From Parasitella parasitica NRRL 2501 (taxonomy: Eukaryota > Fungi > Mucoromycota), in contig MU619311.1 of assembly GCA_025201805.1 (NCBI GenBank), positions 20,814 through 84,813 of the forward strand: a stretch of 64,000 nt of DNA, read 5' to 3'. This document shows positions 38,095-49,961 of this stretch, piece by piece. The notes under the pieces are model-generated. The model was not told where the DNA came from and ran no database searches. It saw nothing but the letters and a program-made list of their open reading frames with translations. Both the position numbers and the translations under genes were made by a program. The stretch's first letter is position 1. The number at the start of each line of letters is the position of its first letter.

Positions 38095-39984
38095 ATGAAA
38101 ATATCTGCTGGTAATTCAAAATGAAAACGGAGCATTCAGACGAGACCTAACATAATCTATATAGCTTTTGTATTTTTGACAGCTAATGTAGCCATTGCTG
38201 CCGCTCGGTCCAAGATGACCTTCAAAATCATTTCGCTTGCACCCGAAAATCAGACTGTAGCTGTCATTGTAGACGACAAAATTTACCCATTGTTATCTGT
38301 AGATGGTGCTTCTAGTTTATTACACACTGGCAAAGCACCCATTTCCTCCAATGGATACCGATACGCATTGACCGATATGAACAATGCATCTAATATCATT
38401 GATAAGGAAAAGTTTCTCCGTAAACCTATCACCAATTCTAGTGAAACTTTGAATGAATACTATGGAAGATCATGGAACTCAAAGTCTTTAGATCCGCTTC
38501 CAACTATTATGGACCCTCTGCCAATTATCAACCGCATTAAATCAGATCTACATATTGATGGTCAAATTCCAACAATTCATATCACCGGAAATCAGACCGC
38601 TATTGACTTTATTCATGCTAATGCTCAATCCGATATTGACATTCCCGACTTGAAAATGGCTTATATTAGGTTTGCATATAACAACAACTGTTAAACCGTA
38701 AATAGCAATTATTAACCCACTTTTCTATGCAGCCCTAACGAAGTTAAGTCTTTCACAAACATCACATTGGCAATCTCTGGTCACAGCACTCGTAGCAGTG
38801 ACAAGCTCTCCTACAAGATTAAAATTCCTAAAGGCCAAGATCTTTATGATTACCGCCGTCTCAAATTAAGAGCCATGGCGACTGATGCTTCGTATATGAG
38901 AGAACATATTGCCTATGATATTGCAAAGTCAGTTGGACTTTTTACTTCAGAATACAGTTATGTTCGTTTGTATATCAATGAACAAGCTATCGGCCTTTTT
39001 GGTCTTGCTGAGGTATTCAAGAACCCTTGGATTAGAAATGTATTTGCTGATGGTGACAAGGATTACAAACAAGGAGCTCTTTTTGCTGCTGAAGTTGGTG
39101 GAAGTATGCTAAGCGGCGGCATTCGTACTGGTTCTGCTGTACCGGGAAATGACATTACGAATTTTCCACCTGATGGCATGGGTGGCAACATGAGCTCCAT
39201 GGGATCTACCTCTGATTTGTCTTATCTTGGCGATAATATTACTCTCTATTCTGGCTACTCTGTTAAAGAGGATCCTTCTTCTGGTACCGCTAATTACTCT
39301 CGTATTGCAGAATTAACCAAGTTTATCTCTGAGCAATCTAACAGCACCGCCACTAATGACTCTGTTGCACTTTGGGAAGAGCATATGGATCTCACAAGTT
39401 TTTTAAGAGGTTTGGCTCTTGAAGTAGTCATTTCAAACTCTGATGGCTACTTTACCATGGGCAACAACTATCTTTTATATGACGATTTAGAAAGCGAGCG
39501 ACTTGTGTTCAGTGGCCAAGATTTTGATCTGACAATGGGTACATCTATTAACAATGCGACTTTGATGAACAGTGGAAATTATTCGGAATTTCCTAATATA
39601 CAGACTCGTCCATTTACCTCTCGTATGCTCGTTGTACCTGAGCTCAAAGAAGAATTCGAAAATTTGATTCTCAATTATACTACTGGCATCGTCAATCCCA
39701 AAGTTTTGTACCCTCGTATTGAACAGCTTTATGATTTCCTTCAGGAAGATGTGGCCTGGGATAAATCTTTGCCTCGTGTCGCTGCAAGCAACTTTTCATC
39801 TTCCTCAGAACAAGGTGGTCGTGGTAAAGGAGGAGAAATAATGGATAATACTAATACTACATTTCATGAAGCCGTTAATGGATCCAACGGAACTACTAAC
39901 TCTAGAGACTCTCTTTCCCTCAAGAATTGGATTCAAATTCGTAGTGCCAACATCTTGAGTTTTTTTAACGGAACTAACGCCTAA
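38095..39984 (+). CDS. cotH: CotH family spore-coat protein (atypical kinase fold), secreted
   Basis: Signal peptide MKISAAFVFLTANVAIAAA. Motifs SGHSTR..KLSYKIKI, RRLKLRAMATDASYMREHIAY, YVRLYIN..GLF..E, NSDGYF..NNYLLY and QDFDLTMG. Introns 38111-38164 and 38670-38732. Confidence 0.93.
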
Positions 39985-41041
39985 GTCTCATTGCTGACAC
40001 TTCCGTATGTGATTTTTTGTAATTAATGATAAAAAAAATATATTTTACCAATCTATTTTATATGAAATGAGAAACGCCTCTCAAAAATATGCAAATTATA
40101 CGGTACATCTAAATATAATCCGATGGATCCATAAAATTAAAACAAATATTTGTATTTGATATATCAAAACTATACAGATGACCATAGATGGAGGATTATA
40201 CATGTATGCAAAGCTCATGGCATGGTCTTTGTGAGAACTAATGAGCTGAATATGCTACTATCTTGATATGGATTTAGCAGACAGGCTTATGTCATGAATA
40301 ATGGCTGAGAGAAACTCGGGACACTGGAAAAACCATGCCTTGATAAGAAGAGATTTTATCCCATTTTGCATTGAAATCCAGTAGGATATCTCGCAAAGTG
40401 CAGTCGGCTTCAGTGCAGTGAACTATTGTTGGTAGTACACATTATAATTCATTTTACCTGGTTTGCAAAAGCTTTAAATAAGAGATCAATCTATAATAAC
40501 TGATACGATATCGTGTAATACAAAAACAAAAAAAGGTACAAATTACACAAGAAAAACATTTTATTTATCATGATATGACAACAACCAATTCACACCATGC
40601 CAAAAAAAATATCAGTAATGACCTTATTCAATTTTTAAGATGGTATGTTCTCAAATAGGTTGAGAAATATACATATCATAGTTACTTGTGCGCACAGCAT
40701 TTGCATAGCTTGTATATTGGTTTGTTAGGTGTAGCAGAATCAGGCAGCAACCTATTTTTATGAGAGCAAACGATGAACAAAATCATTGCAAAACTTTCCA
40801 CAGCTTCAGGGAGTAATAACAAAAGCCGTTAAGCTACAACCGGCAACAAGCTACATAGCAAATGGCGCTAAAAATGAGCTGGTATGACAGGTTAAATCAT
40901 TGTGCACCTTGGTACTTCAAAAGTAATACAAGTTACGCACTAAGCCCACGATATCACTAAAAGCTAAAAATAATAAAGCATGATCACTAATTTGAGTTTG
41001 TGGATTCTTTTTTCTTTTTTCTATTATATTATTGCATAAGC

Positions 41042-43177
41042 ATGCCTCAATTTATAGTCTTACTACTTGCAGTAACATTAATCATAAAAGCAGTATTATC
41101 TCAAACTGCAGCTAGAGCCAACACATGTAATTCACGCACGGTACAGAATTAAATCGACCAAGGTAGAATAAGACTAAGACTTAAATCCATAGGCTGTGGG
41201 CTCATGTCCGGAAAAGTATATTGCTACGGCGGCTTCATTTTTACGAGCACAACAGACTACAAAGTCGATAATGTCATGAATGTGTTAGATATTACCAATA
41301 GCAGCGGAACCACCTCAAGTGATTTACAGAACATGTGGAAACCTGTCAGTTACATTGCAAATAATGTAGATCTTACACCTCGGACAGATCCACAATGCCT
41401 TGTCATCAGTGACGAAAGCCGTTTGATTATAAATGGAGGCTATTATGCCTCGCAAGAACTGGTGAACAAGAGCATCATGTACAACGCCCTGCAAAACAAA
41501 TGGTATAGTCATTCGTCATATTCTGATGCTCCCTATGGCGACAGACAAATGTGAGTATACAGATTAAGCTTAATACTACAATACTTTCAGAACTGTAACA
41601 ATTGGTCATCTTTAGATACTATGGATCCGCAAGTTATGTCCCTGGTAAAGGAGCAGCTTTCTTTGGCGGATTTGAAGTGTTCGTATATAATTTCATGCCA
41701 GCTTTCTAGCCTGTGTAATTGACGTATATTATGCTTTTAGCTATGCAAACCCAAATTGGACAGTACCATATACCAATGCCTCTGTTTTCAGCTTTGCAAA
41801 TGGTCAATCGAGAACAATTGGATACACTCAAGTTTCCTACTTTAACGTTGACAATGCGGCAGCAAGTATTCTCATATCTTTAGTCGTTACAGTGCTGCAC
41901 TGACACGGTTTATATATATACATATAGTCTACTTGGGTTAAACCCGTGCCTTTTACAACCGCTGTAGACCAGTTCTCGGCTAGACATACGTCCGTTTTTG
42001 ATCCTGTCGATAATTTGCTGTATTTTATGGGTGGCGAATATCGAACTACTGATCCTCCATCACAGAAAGGCATTCCACGTCCTTACTCTTATGTAAAAAC
42101 ATTCAACACCGAAACTAATGCATGGAGCTTTGTCAATCTTACTGGCGAAGTACCAGCAGCAGGCAGAATATATTCTACCTTGACATTATGTAAACTATAA
42201 CCACTTCTTGGAATTGTGACATTGCTATTTACAAATACTACAATAGTACCCTCCACCAATCGACATGTTTTGCTATATGGTGGAGAAGTTGGTGATTCAG
42301 GTATTGTAGCTCAAAAGATGACTCGCTTGCTATTGTTTTCTTAGTCGCAAATTATCTTTAATGTTTAGTCGCTTTGGACTACTGTTTTGTCTTGAATTTG
42401 GATACCAAAAATTGGACAAAACAGGCCATTACTGCACCGGCTGGAACTATATTGGCTAGATCAAGGCATTCATGTATGTAAATTGTGCAAAAATTCGTGT
42501 GTTTATTAGCTAATTTTCGAATGTGTCCATAAGCTGTGCTTGTCAACAATAATACGCTATTCGTGATATGGGGAATTGACAGCAATAAAGTAGGCACTAG
42601 TTCTGTGCTTATTCTGAACACTACCAATCCTGATCTAATAACCATGTCCAGTAAATACATTGGCCCTAATCCCAGCAATGGTGACAGAAATAGCGGTCTT
42701 AGTGGTGGTGCAAAAGCTGGTATTGCTGTTGGTGTGGCTTCTGTTGTAAGTTCTACTTTGAAAGAAAAAAAAAAAACCATATAGACTTATTTGCTTTTCT
42801 GATAGGCGATATTGGGTGCATTTGCCATTTGGTTCTGTATTCGCAAAAAGAAAAAGAACGAAAAAGTTAGAGCACAAGAACAAAGGCTTGCAGAGCAACA
42901 GCAATCCGAGTATTTCAATAGAGCTGAAATCGAGCCCAGGGAGTACGATTGGGATCAAATCGAAGATAAATACCCAGAAATGCCAACAAGTAACTTTGCA
43001 AATACGAATGCGGACAACCTTGGTAGCGTAGCATCTCCCACGCTGGCTGATGGGGGAGGGATAGGCCCCTCTTCAGCTATGCCAACAGTACATCCTGACG
43101 GTGTTGAAATACACCATCCACATACAATCGATACACCACAACCGCCCAGGGTCTTGAAGCCTGACGGTGGATATTAA
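41042..43177 (+). CDS. Kelch/galactose-oxidase beta-propeller type I membrane protein
   Basis: Signal peptide MPQFIVLLLAVTLIIKAVLS. Kelch GG motifs (KVYCYGG, LIINGG, LYFMGG, LLYGG, LFVIWG). GLSGGAKAGIAVGVASV-AILGAFAIWFCI-RKKKK transmembrane segment. Many short introns. Confidence 0.87.
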
Positions 43178-43788
43178 AGAATTTTTAACCGCATATCAAC
43201 TCTTTCTTACTGAGAAATGATCTCCACGTGCGGCTTCTAGATCAGCGATATCATACTACATATTTTGAAAGCATATGCAGGTTCATATCCCTATATTTTT
43301 TTTTCTACCTTTTCCAATGAATATTTGTAGAATATGAGTATATACAATCTGTCATTCCAAATGTGAAGTCCTCGTTCTAGGGGAAGGGGAGATAATGATT
43401 AATTTGAACTATAATTACACATTACTAGCTATTCCTACTAACCATTAAAAAAAACATTTGAAGTATGGAATTGGGCCTTTTTTGATGTGCAACATGTAGA
43501 AACCAATGTTGATTGTATATACTGCATGAATTAATTCCATGTAAGCTTTATTTAGATGTGTTTATAAAGTTTGTGTATGACAAGAGTTTATTTCATTTTG
43601 AGGATTGAATTAAAAATGATTATTTAGTATGTTAGATTAATTTTTTTTTTGTAGAATTTATGTATTTAATTTAATAATAATAAAAAAGAAAAAAAAAAAA
43701 GGTAAAGGAAGGGAAGAGGCAAGGGAAAAAGAGGGGCTGAATGATTAATTGATTGATGGATGAATGCTTTGTATGAGAGGACGAGGAA

Positions 43789-46188
43789 TTACATATCTAC
43801 ATGAGCAAGAGTGGACGATGAAGATGAGGATGCAGAGGAGCAGGCTGACAATGTTGGATCGTTTACGTTTGAAGGGTTAGCTAAAAAGTCGGCAAAGTCC
43901 TTCTTGATGGAAGAAGACAGGGTATCTACTATGCTAATTTCCATTGTGCCATGACCACGTTCGAATTCGTATACCATGACTAGAAGAGGCGAAATTTCTG
44001 GAACAGCTGCACAGGTAGAAACAGCAGCGGCAGCATTGAGATCATCTGTCGTCATGTCATTAGAGCCAAGCATTCCTTCCATGGGCTGGACCACTCTGGA
44101 TTCAATATCTTCAAACACCTGCATAATAAAGGAGGGGAGGGGGGGGGAGGTGTCAGTTTTGGTAATGTTTGTACAAAGATGCACAACATACCTGTACTAC
44201 ACATAAATTATTGATGGCAATATCCACTTCATCCCATGATTGCAGCGATCGGATACCCTTCATGAATGCATCGAAAAATTGGTTTACGTAGACAAAACTA
44301 TACATGTATTTGCCTTCGTTGATCCAAAGGGCTTGTTGCACTTCTTTTGATTCCAGCACAACATTGCCAAAGGAGTAGATGGTGGTGGTGCATTCAACAG
44401 TACGTCGATCTTGCGTTTCGAAAAACGAAGTATTGTTGAAGAAGAAATCTGACATGTTTAGATTCAAATTTAGTTTGACCTATGCATAAACAAAAGAGAT
44501 TTAATTATGCGAGTTTAATGAAAACTTCATCCCCCCTCCCCTCCCCTCTCCTTTTTGCTCGTGGCATTCAAATTACCTTGGCTGCTAACGTAGTGACAGC
44601 CGGATTGGATGAAAGTTCAGTAAGGGATGGACATTTATTTCTAGCCACTAACGACGCGTCAACTGTAGGGATACAATTAGGCACACATTCTGGTAGGTTT
44701 GCAAGCGTATGTGGTATAGTGATCTAAGGAACAAACGTTAATATCTCTTCTACACGCAACAGAAAGCAGCGCACTTACTGATGGATCATAGGGAAGCGAG
44801 TATTCTAGGTATAAACATATGTAATTTGGCCATAGAGGGTAAATAGACGGGTCAATCCAAATATTAGAGCTGCCTGGTAATGTCATATTCCCCCCTTCAA
44901 GCATCATATTCATACTGGATGAAGATGAGGGTTGAAAGTGCATATTATTGATAGGGAAAACTTTCTTCTTTCTGTTGTATTTTCTAGTGTTTGCAATGGT
45001 CTTTTTTTGCTTTTGGTATTGCTGCTTCATTGAAGAGAAATTAGAGTCTAGTAAGTCAACGACTGTTGGCTTATTGCTGTTTGTTGCAGCGTTTTCATCG
45101 TAAGGAAACAGCTGCTGCAGCACATCATTGGTAGTGGCAGCAGCAAGGTTTTGAAATGACAGCGAGGTTGCCATGCCGCCAACATTGGTATCAATTATTG
45201 TATTTGATGCTGTTGCTGCACTGCTATTGTTATTGGTGTTTGTAAGGTTATTTGGCAGTGCGCCAAAGAAAGGCTCGTAAAACGGGTCCTTCATATCCAG
45301 CATAGAAAGAGAAGCTTGTTGATCATGGTACATGATATCAAAGACGTAGTCGGCCGGCGACGGAGAGGAGGACATAGAAGACTCGTCCGAAGAGAGATCT
45401 GTTAGGGTTATCTTTTGCTGATGGTGTGTATGGTTGCTGCTAGTGGTATTGTTTTGACGGCGAGGCATGGTGGCCGTCTTTGGCTTTCTATGCGTTTGGG
45501 CGGAAGTGACAAACCCTTCGTCTTCTACGGAATCAGTTAACAGGCGCATAACTAGACTTCAAAAGTTAAAATGGAAATGCCAAGTACTATGAGATTAGCC
45601 CAACTTACAGTGAGGATCACCTTTGCGTGTGTTTTTCAGTACTTGAATATGTGATGATACTTGCTTTCTAGTGCGCACCTTGCCAGTTTTACGGAAAATA
45701 AAGTCAGAGATCAATTCATTTCGTCCTGGATGTAATGTTTAAATAAGAACGTGTACTTTAGTCAATAAATTAGTCAAGTTTACCGCAAGGCTTTCCATTG
45801 ACCAAGATCTTTCTTCTGCCTAATTTTGGAATTGTTTCCAGCGCTGTTGCAGGTCATATGAGTAACACAATATCTGCAAATGCAAAAAGCGTTAATTACC
45901 TTTAATAAAGGCATCTTCGACATCTGGCGGCCAAACTTGTTGCTGTAAACACACAGTTAATACGGATATATGTTTATAAAAAAAATAGTACGCTCAAACC
46001 TCTTCTTTTTCTTTATTCGAATTGAGGTCTTTTTGTAGTAAATGTTGTTGCGGTTGAAATTGGTTGTTATTAATGTGTCGATGCTGACGGGATCTTTTAT
46101 CTTTAGAAGGGTCATTAAATTGATCATTATTGCTGTTTGAATCACTACTATTTGTAGTGAAAAAGATGTCCTGAGCACAAGCCAACAT
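43789..46188 (-). CDS. TEA/ATTS-domain transcription factor with C-terminal TEAD YAP-binding-like domain
   Basis: Spliced TEA domain [64 protein letters not shown]-terminal [32 protein letters not shown]. Confidence 0.93.
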
Positions 46189-46962
46189 GTTATAGTGTAT
46201 ATTTATATTTAAGAAAGAAAGAGAGAGAGAGAGAGAGGAAGACGATTGAAATGTGAAAGGGGTATTTATAGTTGTCGTATGGTGCAGTATTTGCGTCTGT
46301 GAGTAATTGTTGTTGTTGGGGGTGCTAGAACACAGGTGCACATGTAATATTATACGATAATTGCAGTTGTAACTGTATTATTTACCTGGTATAGCACTGA
46401 TATTCATTCAGATTACATGAAACATCCAGTCTTTTGCTTGATTTGGTACGGTTGGAATGGTCTACTTTCCATCAAATATAGTAATAAATATGTCCTTATT
46501 TTGTACTTGGTTGTTTTGTCAATGCGATATCCCTTCTCTTTGAGTCATTAATTGACTAGAACCAATCCTATTTTCTTTAGTTATGAAGAATCATAAGCTG
46601 CCAAATGTCATATTCAAGAGAAAAAAAAAGGCAGATATGAAGCTAACGATGATGGTTTAAGAGCAGGTAGATCGTCCATGTTCATATGTATCCATGATAT
46701 TTTATGCATCTCCTACGGGTTATTTGTCATAAATTTCATTTTTGCCAAATTGGTCAATCTATCCCCCCCACACCCATCCCTCTCTTCTTTCATCCCTTAC
46801 AAAACTATATCGCATATAGTTTTCTTTCAAATTAAACTTGAATTTCCATATGACGATTCTCTTGCTATATATACGCATATGTGTATATGTATATAAATAT
46901 CCACAATGCACCAAGCACATTCAAAAAAGAAGAGGTTATATAAAATGTGCATTTATTTATTT

Positions 46963-47385
46963 CTACTGCTGTTGTTCTCGCTTATTATGATTGTCTTTAC
47001 GATTGTTGTTATTCCTTAAGGCTTTCTCTACTTTGATATCTACAGGCTGATCAAATAATTCAGATTGCATTTTGATAAATTGATCTGTCATTGCTTTTTG
47101 GGCATCCGGATTGTTCTTGTATACAACAAATCCATAACGCAGATAATTGAGCGTCTCAGGGCACTAGTATTTGTCAGCACATCTTGAAATTTCCTTTTGG
47201 TGATTTGAAATACTCACTCTCATCACTTTGTATTCCACCATGTCTCCATATTTACCCAATGTCTTGAAAACTTCGCGAGCCTGAGCCACACTTGTGATAT
47301 CTGAAGATAATCGAAAGAAAATACGAGTAGGTGTAATCTTATTTTTTGTTAATTGTGTAGCAGCTGTCTTCAATGTAGTGGCCAT
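46963..47385 (-). CDS. Small RRM-like protein, possibly mitochondrial
   Basis: Two exons: RIFFRL..EVFKTLGKYGDMVEYKVMR-CPETLNYLRYGFVVYKNNPDAQKA (RNP1-like RYGFVVY). Confidence 0.75.
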
Positions 47386-47986
47386 GATGATTGTTTAAAA
47401 AAAAAAAAAAAAAGTCGAACAAAGGACCCTGGACTGTGTGGGCTATTGGCAGCTTCCCAACTGTTGTTTCCGTGACGCTGTTAATATAATTTGAATTCTC
47501 TTGTCAAGAAAAGTAAAACCATTATGAGGCAAAGGACATGCGTCTAATGAGTCAATTAAAAGTAAAAATGTTATAAAAGAGAACAATATCTACTGCCTAC
47601 CTACAATAGAGTACCACATATAACATGTACTATTGAATGCTATTAAAAATCCTCTAAAAAAAATTATTGATGCAAGGTAAATCCCCTCTCGTTTCCTCCG
47701 CGGAAGCATCAATTGATCCGGATCAGATGTATAGCCATCATACAGCGCCTCCACCCCCAAAGTTCATTTTCCAACCTGCCAAATTCGCTTTTACATCACC
47801 CAAGTTCGAACATTGAAATAACATCCTATCGGAAAAGGTGATCGATGGGATGGAATCTGCAGTAAATCTTTCTTTTTTTGTTTACAAAAATAAAGGCGCA
47901 TGTTAGATTTTAGAAACGATTATATCGTATTTATTCGAAAAAAAAAAAAAGAAGGAAAAAGATTAATTATTATGTAGCAAAATGTA

Positions 47987-49329
47987 TTAAGATCGACTAT
48001 GAGGTCTTTGTTGTAATGGAGAGGACGAAAACGTACGGGATTGGTTTGCAGGCGGGGTAAGTGGATAAATAGGATAGTTGGAAGTTGTATAATCCACCGC
48101 CGAAGTTGCAAATGTTCTTTTCGATAGTTGATCTACAAAAGGGATAGGGTTAGCTTTCAATTTTTCAAAATCTAAAATCTACAAGCAAACAGATGATTTA
48201 CCCATTAGACTAGGTATAGTACCCAGAGTAGTGTTCCATTCGTTATTGTTATGATTGTCCTGTTGTTTAAGGGAGGCTAATGCACTGCGTGCAGAGTTGG
48301 GTGGGCTCGGTAGATATTGTTTTTGTTCCATCAAAAAATTTTCCAATTCCTGTCTTTTACCTCTGGAAGAAGGCGGAGAGATCGGCCACAAGGAAGCAGC
48401 TGATGACAGCGTCGATGACGAAGGTGATGAACTGGAGGCTAAAGGATATAGATTGATTCCACTTGATAGAGTAGACGATGATGAAGGGGATATGGATAGG
48501 TTGAGCATGGAATGTGCTATACTTGTCTGTGAATTGGAAGGTCGCATGATCGAAACTGGGCTTGTAGTAGTAGACGACGACGCAGCAGTAGCAGATGTGG
48601 CAGTGGCAACAGCAGGGGGAAGTGGTGGTGGCGACAATGAACTGAATCTCGTTGGAGAAGAATAAGGCGAACCTATGAATATGCTAAGGACATGCGCTCA
48701 TTTAGATCATCAATGCTTCCAAAATACAAACCTCGTCTTTTAATATCATGTTTGCTGCTCAATTCTAGTTGCTCCTTTGCTACATTGATGCCTTGAACTG
48801 AATGGCGGGTAGGCCTGACCTTGTGGTTATTGCTGCTACCAGCTTCACTGGATAAAGATGAAGAGGCGGAAAGCGGGCTGGGAGTAAATGCGGTCATCAG
48901 TCTCTCGATACGTCTTAGTCTATCTTCGATACGATCCATTGCTTCGCCTGGAGCCTTGGTGTGGTTGTGCTTGTTTAAATGTCTTCGTTCTGAATGATTC
49001 ACACATTCAATATGATTAGTGGCACAGAAATTACAAGGACTCCCTCCATCGCATTTGGTTTTTCTTCGTCTGCAAGTCTCACAGGCTGATCCGGAACTCA
49101 GTCTTCGAGCTGCGTGTGTTGTGAAGACGCCTCGAGAATTGTCCGTAACGACGCTGTAGACGCACTCTAGCTTTGTTTCTCTACAATGGTTACAGGGCCT
49201 TCCAGAGTCGCATACACGGCGCCGCTTTCTACACTGCTCGCAAAATTTTTTCATTGAATTTAGTCTACCCGCTGATGCTTTTGGTTGGTCATTTTGGGAT
49301 GAAGACGAAGAGGGATCAAAAGACATCAT
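47987..49329 (-). CDS. Transcription factor with two tandem Zn(II)2Cys6 clusters
   Basis: CEQCRKRRRVCDSGRPCNHCRETKLEC and CETCRRRKTKCDGGSPCNFCATNHIEC, a coiled coil IEDRLRRIERL and a Ser/Pro-rich tail. Three exons; stop at 47987-47989. Confidence 0.88.
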
Positions 49330-49522
49330 AGAAATAATATAAAGAGAAGGAAGAAGAAAGAGAGAAAAATGTGCGACATGCGAATTGTCTATTTTGTGCA
49401 AGTGTAAGTGTGAGTATGAGTGTGATTATATCGTATGTGTATGTGTGTTTGTGCGTATTCCCTCTCCCTTATTTCGGTCGGTACTCACTCCGGACCCGAG
49501 TTTGTGTACCTTTTTTTTTTTT

Positions 49523-49607
49523 NNNNNNNNNNNNNNNNNNNNNNNNNNNNNNNNNNNNNNNNNNNNNNNNNNNNNNNNNNNNNNNNNNNNNNNNNNNNNN
49601 NNNNNNN
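49523..49607. other. Assembly gap (85 N)
   Basis: Run of N preceded by a poly-T tract. Confidence 0.99.
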
Positions 49608-49729
49608 CAATGTGATATCGATCCCCACACAGTTCTCTTTAGGTCTAATGACACTCTAGAGCATAGCCACTCAGCATACGCAAGACATCTATGCAGTTTC
49701 AAACGATACATATTCATTACACTACCAAC

Positions 49730-49750
49730 ATATACACACATACACCACAC

Positions 49751-49781
<31 letters not shown>

Positions 49782-49785
49782 TACA
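49730..49785. repeat. (TACACA)n microsatellite
   Basis: atacacatacacatacacatacacatacacataca. Confidence 0.9.
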
Positions 49786-49961
49786 ATGGCTATACAGACG
49801 ATCCATTTTTATACATTTCAAAAGTGGAATACAAACAAGTTTCTACTGAGATTTCTTGTCACAGGGTCAAATAATGGAATATTTTTTCCGGTCAATCCGA
49901 AGGTAAGACAAGAAATAATCATATCATATATAAATATATACAAAGGTAAATCAAAGAGGTT

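Noticed and set aside
47783-47797. U5 snRNA loop-1-like TCGCTTTTAC
   Set aside because: Lacks one C of the invariant GCCTTTTAC, and no closing stem or Sm site is properly placed.
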